Assembly (NCBI GenBank): GCA_021613535.1
Contig: CP075495.1
Location: forward strand, 4,650,001 to 4,714,000
DNA length: 64,000 nt
Direction: 5' to 3'
Origin: Adineta vaga
Lineage: Eukaryota > Animalia > Rotifera
The notes under the pieces were generated by a model. It saw nothing but the letters and a program-made list of their open reading frames with translations. It made no database searches and had not been told where the DNA came from. The first letter of the stretch is position 1. The number at the start of each line of letters is the position of its first letter. A program made the translations under genes and the position numbers. Shown piece by piece: positions 48,794 through 63,169 of the stretch.

Positions 48794-51700
48794 TCAATGA
48801 ATGATTGCCTCAGGAGACATTGTATTATGGTGAGCATTGCCATCATTTGTTGAATAAACTAAGATAAAGATTGTAATAATGAAAAAGAATTGATAAATGA
48901 TATTTACTATTGTATCGTTCGGCATTCATTTGTTGACAATCGAAATCGAATACTGATAGATTGTTTAATGGACGAATATGAACAAGATCAATATGATCAG
49001 GATATGTGGGTGGTAATACTACTGTTGATAAAGGTGCGCTATGATGTGTAATATGATGTTCTATGGATGAAATATGCGAATGATGATCATTATCATCTTC
49101 GTCAGACCATATGATTGAATTACTATTTCTATCAAAAAAAAGAAAAAGAAAAAGAAGTTTTGTCAATGCTTGTATGACAGACTGCGTAAGTGATTGATTT
49201 AAAACCTACTCGATATTTTGAGTAGATCTGTCATTATTCAGTAAATGATCCATCGCTTCAAATTCATGGGTGACGTTAAAGTTTGGTCGTGCAGGTAGCG
49301 GTGATGATGATGAAGACGATGGTGGTGGTGGTGTAGTAGATTTTACAAAAAAATCTTTTGATGTTTCTAATAAATGATTAGCTTTGCTCATTAATTCTTG
49401 TGCCAAACGAACTTGATCATTATGTAATGAAAGAGCATCTGCAACCTGATGTCCATGACTAATCGATGGTCTTTCATGAATTAAATATTGAGGAAATGGT
49501 TGGGATAGATCGCTCTGTGTCATTGTATGATGTGTGTTGTTCGAAGTTACTGTTAGTGGTAGACTGATTTGATGTATCGTTGATGAGACTGTATTATTAC
49601 TTCGACTTGATGTTAATGTTGATGGCACTTCTGAATTTGAATAGAATCGAGCTTTTAATCGTTCCGTAATTACATCAAGTTCTCCAAGTTGTCGCCTAAG
49701 AAGAATAAATCATAGGTTTTGTTTCTTCTTTTTGATTAAAATCGAAAGATTCGTTTTATTTACCGAAGATTATTCATTAAGAAAGATTCTTTATGACTAT
49801 TATCGTCAATTACTGACGAATTTAAACTTATTTGACTTCCAGTATTCTAAATAATAATCAAAGAAGATTAAAAAAAATTCTCAAAGGAACGACTCAAACT
49901 TACAGATCTTGCTGAAAGATCAGTCAGAACTAAAGGTGGTACACTTGTTGAACTTGAACGATGTGAATCAAGTTTTGGTTGATATTGTTTAGAATTATAT
50001 CGTAAACGTTTCAATTCAAAAAGATCTTCTTGTGGTATAATACTAATTTTTAATTGTCCTTGAACATTTCCAATTGCATCACTAATATTATACCAACCCG
50101 ATATTTGTTGTAAGCCAGATAATAATGGACTTAAATCAATTGAAACAAAACCAAGAACTTTATCACCGGATTTTTCTATTTAGATGAGAGACAAGTCGAC
50201 TTAGTTATATTGTTTAAATACTTCTCTTTTCTTACCAGGAATTGATTCGATTTCAACATTGATTTTATGCCAAACTTTAAGAATAAAAACTTTCTTTTCA
50301 TTAAATAAATGTTCAACAGATAATTTAACAGATTGTTGATAATTCCATTGAGGTTTCATTGTTGATGTTAATACTTGTGTACGAAATAAATGATTCGAAT
50401 CAGCTGCTAAATAAGTTACATATGGATTTGGTGGAAGATGAAGATTTCTAATTTAAATTATTGAAATAAAACTATTTCAAAAATATGAGATCAATTTACT
50501 TTTCTTCCGAGTATATATTAGGTAAATGTGCACCTTGTTCAATATTAATTTGAGCTGAAAAGAGATTATTAGTAATTGAACGAAGAGCACGATCATTATT
50601 AATCAAATTTAAATAACGATCTTCTAAATAAGATTCAAGTTCAGCATCATTCGATGTATCGATATTATTTGGATTCTAAAAACACAATTATTTATATATA
50701 TAATCAAATAGGTCTTAATGAATCTTACCCTTAAATCATTGAAATCTTTCGATGTATCAATTGAAACATGAACTTGTACACAAGCTCCATGTAAATCTTT
50801 TGCTCCTTGTTTAAATATTGGTAAAATAGTACTTATTCGTTGAGATTTTCTTGTTCGTTGACATAAAATATTTAAATCTACATAAACTGAACCTATTAAT
50901 TTATCTGTTGTTGATGATTGTGTATAATCATAGGTATCATTTTCACTCATCCAGATTTGAATTTCTAATTTTTCTTCACGTAAATACCAAAAAAATGGTG
51001 CACTAGATAGAAATAGATGTTCTTTGGTAAATTGTAAGTCACATATGAGATTATTTTTATTTATAGTCGCTTTTCTTCGTTTGGTTATGATTGGCACTAA
51101 AAGAAATAATGAAAAAATGAATATTCAAACGATCACATCTATCTATAATACTTTTATCATAGAAACGGTATTGAGAAAAAATACTAATTCGATCTTTGTC
51201 TGATTGATTTGCAAGTTCGATTGGAAATTGAATACGATCAATGGATATTTTAACTAAACAACCAAGATCTTTTTCTTCTAAATTTACAAATATTTTTGAG
51301 AAAATTTATCCTCATTTCAACGAAAAACAATACCATCAAGTACGTTTTCTTGATTTACATATTTTTCATCTAGCCAGCCAAGTGTTTTTGCAGAATCAAT
51401 CATTCGACGACGATCATCTTGTTGAGCAAATCGTATAAATAATTCAATACCACCTACTGAGTGTTCGATAGGATCCGCAGATATTTCTGATCGAATAGCA
51501 CTAGATAAAGGATACCATCCTTTAATTCCTATTCAAAAAAGAAATGAACAATTTTGTTTTTTTATCAGATCATTTCAATGGAAATTACCTGTATGTCGAA
51601 TAATCAAATCTTTTAATGCAATTTGACAATGACTTAGAAGAATATCGGTTGATTGTTTTTCATTTGAATTTATTCGATGATAAATCTCAACTTTTAATTC

Positions 51701-54700
51701 TCCATGTTCAAGCATTTCAGCAAGTGATATCGATTGATTACGATGATTATTCCAAATTAATGAGATAGGAAAATCAATTGAATGATTAAATTCAGGTACG
51801 AAACTACGAGAAATAGTTCTTGTTGAACGAGATTCCTTTAAAAATCATATATAAGAACAAGTTAAAATGAAAGAAATTGCTTAGTTACTATATCGGATAG
51901 GAATGAAAATGAAAGTTTCACATAGGTATTCACACCCACTTGTGAAGCATAATTTAAACGAGCATCATGTTGTGCTTGTAGCAAAGTTGCATGCTAATGA
52001 ATAGATATAGAAAAGGAATTTGATAGAACAAAATGAAATCTTTTCGATTATTTACTTTTAAACCACAAGCACGAATAATACCAATGGATACACATACTTG
52101 AGAAGTATTATTATCTGATAAACGATTAGGAATAGCTTGTAATTCATTTTGCTGAAATAAAAAGAGATTTCAAATTGACAGATTATATATATATATATTA
52201 CTATTCATCGAAAATACATATTTTCATTCACATGATAGAAAACAGTAATATTACTTTGAGAATATTTCGTTTATAAGTAACTGTTATTGATAAATCACCA
52301 CCATATGTTGAAGACGATGAATAATGATATTGTTCATGTTGAAGATCTTCTTTTATAATTTGTAATGGTACACGAAATGATTGAATAGATTTATCATCTG
52401 CATCTGCATTTAACATTGTTGTCATACTACATAATTTCGCTGCTGATAATTTACCCTTAATAAAATATAAAAATGAATTTTGTATCTTCTTTTCCAGCGA
52501 GAATATGAATCTTACTGTAGCTAGAAGTTGATCACGAATATTAGGATAATAAAATCTAGACCATACTTCAAAGGTAATACTAGCATCAATCGGTGTTGTC
52601 GATTGACATGCTACACATAGAACATTATAGATTAAGTTATTCTGATTGTAAAAGATTTTCTTTTACCTGCATAGAAATATTTATGTAATGCATCAGCAGG
52701 TGAAAGAACATATTGAAATTTATTAGTATCATGAAATGTGGGATCAGATGTGCATAGAGTTGTAGCAGTACGTATAGTACGAAGTTGAAATGGTTTAATT
52801 AAATTTGTATTAATAATTTGCTGTTCTGATTGTATTGGAAATGAATATTGGATAAAACAATCACTTTCACCCCAAACCATTGATTCAAATGCACGTAAAC
52901 CGTCGATACTTTCAATCATGATTTCAAAATGGTGTTCAATCAGTGATGATAGTGATGTTGATGGATCATGATTCGATATTTTATTATTTGTTGTGGAAGA
53001 ATATCGTTCGCCATCAGAATGAGCAACTTGAACAGCTGAGATCTGATCAGGTGTACCCATAGCCATTAAAACTTGAATTTCGCCTGCTGATTTATTTGTA
53101 AATGGATCAATGATCGATAACCATGAATCAACACTAAGTACAGGATATTGTGCTTTCAAAAGAACTCGACTAATTTGTTTATCTTTAAATGAAACATAAA
53201 ATTGTTCTAACGGTATTTTAATAATACCAATAATTTGATCGGATAGACCGGCCATTTTTTTATCCCATAATTCAATAATGACATAGTTTTGATGCATTTT
53301 TTCAATAGTTGATTTACTTAATAGTAAAGGAACTTTCTAAATATAGACAAGCATATCGAAATGATAAAATCAAATTGATACTCTCAAAAACAAATCGAAC
53401 CTGTTCAAAATTAAATTTTGGTGTTAATGTTCCCCAACAAACAACTGATATAATACGTTCTTCATTCCAAAATGCTCGATAAACAAAATATGGATTTCTT
53501 ACTAAATTATCTACAAGGAAACATATTCACCTTTAAACAAAAAGCAAAACATTTATAATTACTATTTGAATTCGGTGGAACATTTCGAGCTTCTACAATG
53601 GACAGATAGATTTGTACAACTAATCCATCTGTGAAATCCGACGATGATTTATCTGGTATAAAACTTTTCGGAACTTGTATAATATTATTAACTAATGTTT
53701 TAGATTTAGAGACTCGTTGTTGTTGTTGTTGTTTTGGTTTTGTCTGTTCAATAAATTGAACTCTCTCAAGTTCATTTTTGAAATTTCCATCATCCGAATC
53801 AAGTTCAAGCATTAGATGTAATTGGCCTATACAACATTTTTTTGCTACTTTCTGCGGAACTTTTTGATTATCATTCATTTGTGTACGATCAATAACATTT
53901 AAATCTTGTTCAAAATGTAAACAATTTGCTTTGAATATATTTCGAAGTGGTAAAACAGCAAAACCGATTTGTTCTGGATTTGTAGTTCCAGACATTCGAC
54001 TATAGATTTTAAATATTAACAAAGAACGCCACCAATTTTTGAATGTAGTTTTATTAAATGAACATGGATATGTTGATAGATGAGAAAAGATAATATCATT
54101 GTTTGATTCAAAACGTTTGGAAGTTATTTTCATAACTTCTGTTGCTTCATTTGTATGGCCATGAGCGTTTTTAACGACAACTGGAAATTGATATTCGATA
54201 TAATAGTTTCTAAAGAAAGCAAAGTTAGTATTTATATCTAGAAAAAAAGAGTGTTTGTTTTTCTCTTACAAAGCTCGTTTACTTTTGTTTGTTCGACCAA
54301 AAGATGAATGTGATAATGAGTCTCGATCAGTCAATGTAGATAAACGTAAATGGTCAATACGAATTCTTGCTGTACGAACATGATTTAATAATTGTAAACG
54401 TTCAGAACTAAGCCCATCTTCCTCTTGCGTTTCTAAAGAAAACTAATCTGATGAAAAATACTTAAATATGAAAATTATCTATTACCATTTCCACTGTCTT
54501 CGAAATCTGAATATCGCATATCGAATGAAAATCTTGATGCTGTATCACTATCATTACTTCGCATCATACTTCGACTTCTTCCTGCTGATCGTGGTCGATC
54601 AAATGAATCACTGTTGCGAATCATACTTGAAGTACGTGAACGGCCTATTAGTGGTTTACTATGTACACGAGTTTTGTGACTTCTATGAGGTGAACTTGTA

Positions 54701-56272
54701 CTATGTTTTTTCTTGTCATTTTGATGAACATTTACTCCACCATAAAGTAAATCATCCAATAGACTGTCCTCATTTTCTAAACCATCAAGATCAGTTAAAA
54801 TTGAATTATTAAAATTTGCAGATGATTTCAATGATGCTTTTATTCCTAGCATATCGCAGATGTCTTCATTATCTACCAATATATCGATATCATCAATAGG
54901 TATTTCCAATGATTTGTGCCCATAATTGTCGACCTTATTTTTAATATTGAGTGGATCTATTTTGCCAGATGAATTCGTTTTTTTCGAAGTTGTAGTTTTT
55001 AATGTTGATGATTTAATCATGTTATCTCGAAGACGATTTGCTCGGTCAATTAATTCTTCAACGACTTTACCAGTTGGCAGATCTTTATATGCTTGCACAC
55101 CTAGACATATGTTTTAGTTGTAAAAATGACATAATATTTATTTAGAAATTTTTTACCAGGTGGAGGATTTTTTGAATTGAGTACATGTGCTTGCGATGAT
55201 GTCACTGTTTTACCATGCCGTTGTGGCAGAGTCGTATCACTCGAATAAGTTGAAATCGAATTGTCTGTATTTTGAATTTGTCCAATTGTATATGTTTGTA
55301 AACCATTTTCAAATTGATTAATCTGTAAAGAAAACAAATTTATGTTTACAATAGATTATCTCCTATCTAATATAATGATTTTACCTGATGATGAGGATCA
55401 TTGATTCCAATCGAATTACGTCGTGAACGTGGACTACTAACTTCAGATGTAAAACTCATTGCCATTGGATGTTCACTACTAGCATGAGCTATCATGGAAA
55501 AAGACATTTTTAGTATAGGATCAACAAGTATAGTGAACTTACGTCCAGGTAGAAAAAGTCGTAATGAGACAAATAACTCTCCTAATTTATCACCTTTATT
55601 TGAGAATATAGAGATATAACCTTTGATTGAGTTGTCTATCGATAGTGAAGATAAATTTGATACTTTCACTGTACCAATAACACGATTTGTCTCACCATCG
55701 TGTACTTTAAGTAACAACTCAGCAGCATCTAAATATAAATAACACAGATATATATATTCAATCAAATCCTTCAAAATTGTCGTATAAACCAGTCAGATAT
55801 TTGGAGAATTGATTGAGATCACTTCGAATATAATATTTTACTGTTGTACTAGGTTGTTGTCGATGATCAGGTTTAGTACCTGTTATTTGTGGTCTAGCAA
55901 TAACGAAATAAGAAATTTTCTTACTATAAACTTTCAATGATTTCTATTTACTTGAATGTTGCTGACGCGACATCTTCACCCCACCAGGCCATTTTAATAG
56001 AAGCAGATCGATAGAGTGACTGATATTTTGTACTCCAACGTAATTTTGGTATGTGGCAGATGAGAATAGCATGTACAGAACCTTGGACATGTGGTGGCAA
56101 ATTTGTTTTAGCAGATACATCGTCTTTAATATTTTCTTGTGATTGCAATTGAGTCCGTATTTCTTTATCTATATTAAAAGTAGAGAAATAAAAGACAATT
56201 CAAAAAATAGATTAATATCTTATACGTACTTTTTAATGAACTTGAACTTTTAGCAACCGTTGCACTAGACAT
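48794..56272 (-). CDS. C2CD3: C2 domain-containing protein 3 (centriole elongation factor), many exons
   Basis: Start MSSATVAK (56272); TNLPPHVQG, WWGE, YLTDAAELLLKV, YYIEYQFPVV, VVCWGTLTPKFNFEQ, VWGESDCFIQYSFP, QVGVNTYVKLSFSFL, RSFVPEFNHSIDFP, GIKGWYPL, GLQQISGWYNISD..GNVQGQLKI; stop at 48794. Confidence 0.88.
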
Positions 56273-56464
56273 TTCTTCACGCTCGGTAAAATTTGTTTCC
56301 CATCTAAATTTGATATATTCAAAAACCACCTACTTTCACTGTCTAGAAGAAAGATATACGTATATATACGATATCTTTAGTTGATTGTTTAGATCGTGTC
56401 AAATATGATCGTGATTGCGTTGCGGTTAGAAAGACATACATCCATTACATTTGTTGGATGAACG

Positions 56465-56477
56465 GTTACTTAGCATC
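56465..56477. promoter_or_regulatory. Putative RFX X-box upstream of C2CD3 (GTTACTTAGCATC)
   Basis: One mismatch from GTTACTTAGCAAC, about 190 nt upstream of the ATG. Confidence 0.5.
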
Positions 56478-58092
56478 ATTACTCCTCTACATGACCAGTC
56501 GAATTACACATATGAGTGACCTCTATCATTTAATCTAAAATAGTATAAATTCAGCAAGCAAGCGTTTATGAGAACTGCAGTATATTTTAAATAAACTCGA
56601 AACATGACAATACTATTATATTTTTTAATTATATCTCCACACTGTATATCAAATACTAGTATACTGAAAATCACTTTGACACGTTGTCCTCATCGGTTTT
56701 TTTTTATGGTAAGAATCAATTAACTTCAAAGACCATCAGTATCAAATAGTCTTAACATCGAAATAAATGTACAAGAAAGGCTATATTACTTATAAAATTG
56801 TAACACATCATTACTATGCATTACATACTTGTATTTATAATAAATACGAATTTTCTGAATTATCCATAAATTCATCTCAAAAGCTATTTCATTGTAACGA
56901 ATTTGTAATTACCAAAAATAACAATAGAACTGTACTGTCGTTATCTCATAGAAAACTTCTTCGTTCAAACTTGTTGTAAAAAAGACAATCATTCGTTTTC
57001 ATGAATTCTTTTTAGCAAATGGAACTCTCAATTCAAAACGATCGAAAATATCAACATTCTTTCAGATGTTTGCCTGCGCAATAACTTCCATTTGCAATCG
57101 TATTGTTTTTTTTTCTAATAATTCCTTAAAAATAATACTACAAGTAATATATATATACTATCATAACAAACACATAGAAGTGTATTTATTCTAAAATTGA
57201 GTGAACAATATGAAAAGAGATGAGTTGAAAACGGAAATATCAACTGAATTATATATTTAGTACATATGTGATACATAACAATGTGAAGCACTTTATTCTT
57301 TACACCAATGAAATATGTGATAAAAACTATATATGTATTTTCTTTTCAGACGACATGTTGTCAATGTTCACTGTCGTATGAATATGTTATGTATTCATAT
57401 TTTTATAAATAAAGACAACGATTTGTCACACAGATCGTAGATTGAATAAGTATAGTAATGTAAAACAATTATACTGTGAAAAATGAATCTCACACTTTAA
57501 CCTTTGCAAATTATTGTAAAAAAGACATCGTTTATATTTAGAATATTTTATACCACTAAACATATGTTCTATGTTCTGGGAAAATATATTGAATATTCAT
57601 TCATTTATATGTTGGGATATACCGATTTATGGCTTTTGCAGTTAAGGACATCTATAACGAAATTTCATAAGATGATATTTTACCATAAATTCAACTGATA
57701 TTTAATTAAAGGAGAGAATATTTTTATTATCAATTATACGAATATTTTTATTCATACTATTGGTGTCCTTGATAAAACAGACAATGGCCACTTTATATTT
57801 TCTCTTTTTCTTTTCGTTGTTTGTTTCGCAAGACGACAATGAACGAACGAAACAAGCTAGTGGATATTTATGAGTCATCTTCTACTCGTTTTAATCGTAC
57901 ATTGCTATGTCTCACTTTGTATTTCTTTTTTTCAGATATCGTATAAGAGTGTTAGAATTGTTGTTAATCTTTATTTGTAAGTATTACGAAATAAGATTAT
58001 TCATTTTCTTTGTAGTACTGTAATTTGCTAATTCTTTTATTTCCATTTTATTTTTTGTACATGTTTAGTTTGCTTTAAATCTTTTCTCAATA

Positions 58093-61000
58093 ATGTCAAC
58101 GTTTGCTAATCGTCATAACAATTCTGCTGCTGCTGCTCCTATGTCAGAATCTGATAATGATGATGACAATGATCATAGTTCATCTTTTAATCAGCAAAAT
58201 GAGGTTGGAATCGAATAAATATAAATTATAATTTGTCTATGTTTTTTTTGTTAATAGAGTATGATACACAAAGTTAAAGATGTCGTTTCGAAACTTCTTC
58301 ATCCTTCTTTCTTGTTTTCTGCCAGTGGTGATACAACTCGTTCAGTATGTTCATCTTTTATATTTCATAGTATTATCGTTGTATAATCATTTTCTCTAGA
58401 AACGAAAACGAACGATATCAATTGAGGAAAATAGTAATGAAAAACAACCAGAAATCACCACAACAAATTCTACTATTACAACCAATGGTCATTCAACAAG
58501 TTCAAAATCGAAATGTGAGATTTTTTTGCATTCTTTCACTTATAACAAGATGATGATCTTTTATATGAATGACACAAAGCAGAAAGACATACTAGAAGTT
58601 ATTTTAAATATATTTATACTTAAAAATGACGGTTATTTTATCATTACAGATCATCGTCGACCGATAACACGTGAAGAACCACAATTGACCGATGATGAAG
58701 ACAATGACAATAATGATAACAATGGTCGAGATGCATCACCTGCTGAACAAGATGTACCAGAAATTGAACAGCAGAAGAAGAGACGTCGTACAGCTAATTA
58801 TCAACATATTATTTCGACGGCAACTACTAATGGTAATCATGATGATGAACGAGTATCTCCATCTTCAAGTACGTTGAATTGTTTTTGTATGTAAAAAAAA
58901 ACATATTTTACTGTTTTCTATTAGATTCAACGAATAGTGTTGGATCATCATCAAATCGTCAAATAATAGATAATGGAGTACCTACCACTAATACGACACC
59001 TATTCTTCTTCAAACATCTAATGAACAAAATCATAATGAAGGACTTAATCGATCGACATTATCTAAACAACGATTCAATATTCCTTCAATGAATCGAGGA
59101 ATAACACCGACTTATGATCTATCTCATTCACCTCTCTTTTCTGTTGGTGTTTGCGTAAGATATTTTTCGTCATATTATTTGTATTTAAAAGGAAAATTGC
59201 TTTCTTATTTAGAAAACAACTGAAACAATCATGTCACCTAATCGAACTACTACGAATCTCAAATCAAATGTTTGTGAAATTTTCGTTCATTGATAAAATA
59301 ATTGTTATATTTCTTTTAGACAAATGATTTTTCCGCTAATTATTTATTAGCGACAGGTTTAGTCAATCGATCACAAGTAACACAAAATACTTCACAATCA
59401 TCTTGTAATTCTTCTACGTTAACAAATCGATTAGTAAGAAAATAAAAGTCATTTTCATATCGAAAAACAATTCTATCTTTAGTTATTAAATGAACGATCA
59501 ATGCTCGGTGTTAATTATTCATCAATTAATTCACGTCGTTTACCATATATTGAAAGACTTCGAAGACGAACTCTGCAAGATTGTATACGTCTTAATCGAA
59601 CACTTGATAGTGAACCGTAATTATTTTAGTTTTTTAGTACTCGTTTGTCTAACTAATTAAAATTTTGTTTAGATTATCTATATCTACAATAGAAGAACAT
59701 ACATCGTCAGTGGCTGCTTCTCCAATACGAAAGCCAATCAAAGTACCAGAAAAAGACTGCGGTATTCAATGCAATGTATGTTTGTCAAACAAAAATATGA
59801 TACATCTGACAGGTTTTTAATCGACAATTCATTGTTTTTCTTTTCTCTAGATTTCAACTACAGATGGTCCAATAGAACCAAGTAAAAAAATTCAACGTAC
59901 TTTTCCACCACCTGATATTCGAAATGAAGCCTTGTCAGTGCCGATGACTGAAAAGAACCAATCAAGTGATCAAACAGATTCAACCATTCAAACCAACAGT
60001 TCCATCACATTTGGACCATCTAAAACTACAAATGATATTAATAAACCAAAGGTAAAAAAAATCAAAACCTATATCATATTTAAATATTCAATTTTCTGAT
60101 CTAGGTTCTTGGAAATATCACACCATTCTCATGGCCAAAATTTGCTCGAGCACAACTAGCTTATGAAAAGAATTTTCCTGAAAAATGTCGTGTTGATGCT
60201 AGTATGTATTTTTCTGTAACAAATCTTTCTACTTCTTCTTCATTTTGTGTAGTATCTACTCAACCACCAAAATCAACTCTTTCTGCTACTATCGAAAAGA
60301 CTGTTAATATCACGTTTCCGGCAGTGTCACAAGCCAATACTAATAGTTCTACAATATCGAAAGTACCAATATTTGGTGTTTCACCACCACGTGCTACTAA
60401 ACCAATCATTGGGCCAATATGGAAATGTCCATCATGTTCAATGGAACATCCAGCTCAAACAGCTTCATGTTCACTTTGTCATGGAATGAATCCAAATTAT
60501 AAACGATTATGTGGTTTGTTTCTTTTCTAATTCCACTTCATAAGATAGTTTTCTTCATCTTGTTGTAGTAATTGAACCTACAATTTCATCATCATCATCA
60601 TCATCATCATCGGCAGCAGCAGCACCAGTAGCAAATAAAGCATCAAATGCTGTTATTATTGAAGAACCCAGTGTATCGATACCAGTGATTACTACTCAAG
60701 CAACTGTTCGATTTCCAGCAGCACCAATTACAACACAAACAGCAATTACAACAAAAGAAAATGCTCCCTCTTTCCCAACATTTGTATCAACAACTACAAG
60801 TATTCCTTCAACTACAACCAGTACTACTTCATTATTCGGCGTTGCACCATTGGCAACATCAACTACTCCATTAACTAGTACTGGTACGCTTCCACTATTT
60901 GGAACAACACCAGCAGTAACGAAGGAAAATATTACAACAAATGCATCTGCAACAACTAGTACTCCATTTCCTTCAATAACAACAACACCAGCGACTCCTC

Positions 61001-62285
61001 TATTTGGCACAGCTGTATCAGCTTCCAGTATATCCGCAACAACTCCTGCAAGCACTACCTCATTATTTCCATCGTTTGGAACAGGAACAACACCAACAAA
61101 TACGACTGCAGCAACTAGTACTCCACTTACACCATCAGTTGCTACAACACCGGTGACTTCATCATCACCTTCAATAAAAGTGTCGGCACCCATTACATTT
61201 GGTTCATTTGGTGGTACACCAGTAACTACAACAGTTGCTTCGACTTCTATTTCTTCAACAGCTCCATCCGATAAACCATCTTTATTTGCATTTGGTGCTA
61301 CTACCTCGTTTGCACCATCGCCAGCAGCTGCAGCAGTAACAACAACAACAACAGCTTCCTCAGTGGCTCCAAATTTATTTGCTTTTCCATCAAATACAGT
61401 CGCACCAATTACTACAAGTGCTTCTGTAACATTACCAAATTCATCTGCATCAAGTGGATTTTCATTTCCAAGTCCTTTTCCATCTGCATCAACATCTGCT
61501 AGTGCTAATACAACCGCAACAACAAACGCTGCAACAACATCAATTCCATCACTATTCGGTGCAGGTTCATCATCTTCACCATCATCGTCAGGCTTCAGTT
61601 TCCCATCTGCAGCAGCAGCAGTAGCAACAACAACCACAACTTCATCAGCAAGTTCATTCGCATTCGGTGCACCTGGTGCATTAAAAACATTTGCTCCATC
61701 AGTTACATCAACAAGTGGTGCAACTCCTATACCTGCATTTGGTGCTACTGCCTCGTTTGGTACAGCTTCAACAACAGCACCAGTGAATGACAAGCCAACG
61801 ACTTCTGTTCCATCTTTTTCGGGTTTTGGTGCATCATCGAATACGCCATCATTATTTAGTTTTGGAGCTACATCAAATGCAACTACTAATCCTGTACAAA
61901 CATCAATAGCTCCAGCTGCATCAACGAGTGGATTTTCATTTGCTGCACCAGCACCAGCAACAACAGTACCAACTTTTGGTGCTACTCCACAAACAGTTAC
62001 ATTTGGTTCAGTACCTTCATTTAGTTTTGGGGCAGGTGCAGCAGCTCCTACAAGTAATACTCCATTCCAGTTTTCTGCAAATCCAGGACCAGCAACGTCC
62101 AACACATTTTCTACTAGTTTTTCAGCAGTTGCACAACCTTCGGCATCTGAAAATAAGTAAGAAGAATCTTGGAAAAAAATATAAATTACTATTTATCTAT
62201 TCTACTTTTTAGTCCTTTCAGTGTCGCAGATGACTCTACAAATAGACGTCCTGTTATTAAAGCTAAACGTCGAGCTAAACCATAG
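58093..62285 (+). CDS. NUP153-like FG nucleoporin (multi-exon)
   Basis: Disordered N-terminus; one RanBP2-type zinc finger (WKCPSCSMEHPAQTASCSLC); long Ser/Thr/Ala-rich region with LFG/FAFG/FSFG repeats; basic C-terminus RRPVIKAKRRAKP, typical of NUP153/Nup1. Confidence 0.75.
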
Positions 62286-62624
62286 AAATCTCGTTCGTTT
62301 GTAGTCAAACATATTAGAACAATATTATTCATAGTCGCGCTTTTTTCTGTCTTTCTGTGTGTATGTGTGTGTAATGCCTGTGTATGTGTGTTTTTTTGTT
62401 GTTCTTTGTTTCTCTCTCTTGTGCGTGATATGAAAAAAAAGAAATGTAGTAGTTTGTTCGAGAGCAACGAAGAGAACAGAAAAAAAAGCGATAGGATTTA
62501 AAAGAGAAATAATATATGAAAAAAAAGTAACAAGACTCATGTGTGAATGTATTGCGCAAGCAAATTGAAAAATATATATAACTATTACACAATTCTCTTG
62601 TAGATTTCATTTATTCATTTTAAC

Positions 62625-63169
62625 ATGGTCAAAGTTCGAAAAGGTACTAAGCCACCACCGGATGGATGGTAAGTTTTTGTACTATTTTATAAATGAACAT
62701 ATTATCTTTTGATTCTTTTCTTACAGGGATTTAATTGAACCAACATTGGATGAAATTGAAGCAAAAATGCGTGAAGCAGAATTAGCACCGCATGATGGTA
62801 AACGAAAAGTAGAAACATTATGGCCCATATTTAAAATTCATCATCAAAAATCTCGTTATCTCTATGATCTTTATTATAAACGTAAAACAATCAGTAAAGA
62901 ATTATATGATTATTGTATAAAACAATCGATTGGAGACAAAAATTTAATTGGTAAGAACGAAAAATATTTATTGGAGATTTTATTTTTTAAATTTTGTTTT
63001 AGCTCAATGGAAAAAACAAGGTTATGAAAATCTTTGTTGTCTTCGTTGTATTCAACCACGCGATACAAATTTCAATAAAAAATGTATATGCCGTGTACCG
63101 AAGGAAAAACTCGAAGAAGGAAAAGTGGTTGAATGTGTTCATTGTGGATGCCGTGGATGTTCCGGTTAA
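62625..63169 (+). CDS. BUD31: BUD31/G10 splicing factor (3 exons)
   Basis: [71 protein letters not shown]. Confidence 0.97.

Noticed and set aside
60696-62105. 469-aa antisense ORF overlapping the nucleoporin FG exon
   Set aside because: Shadow frame: the Thr/Ala/Ser/Pro codons on the plus strand give a V/A/G/D/E-rich reverse frame with few stops; it has no recognisable domain.
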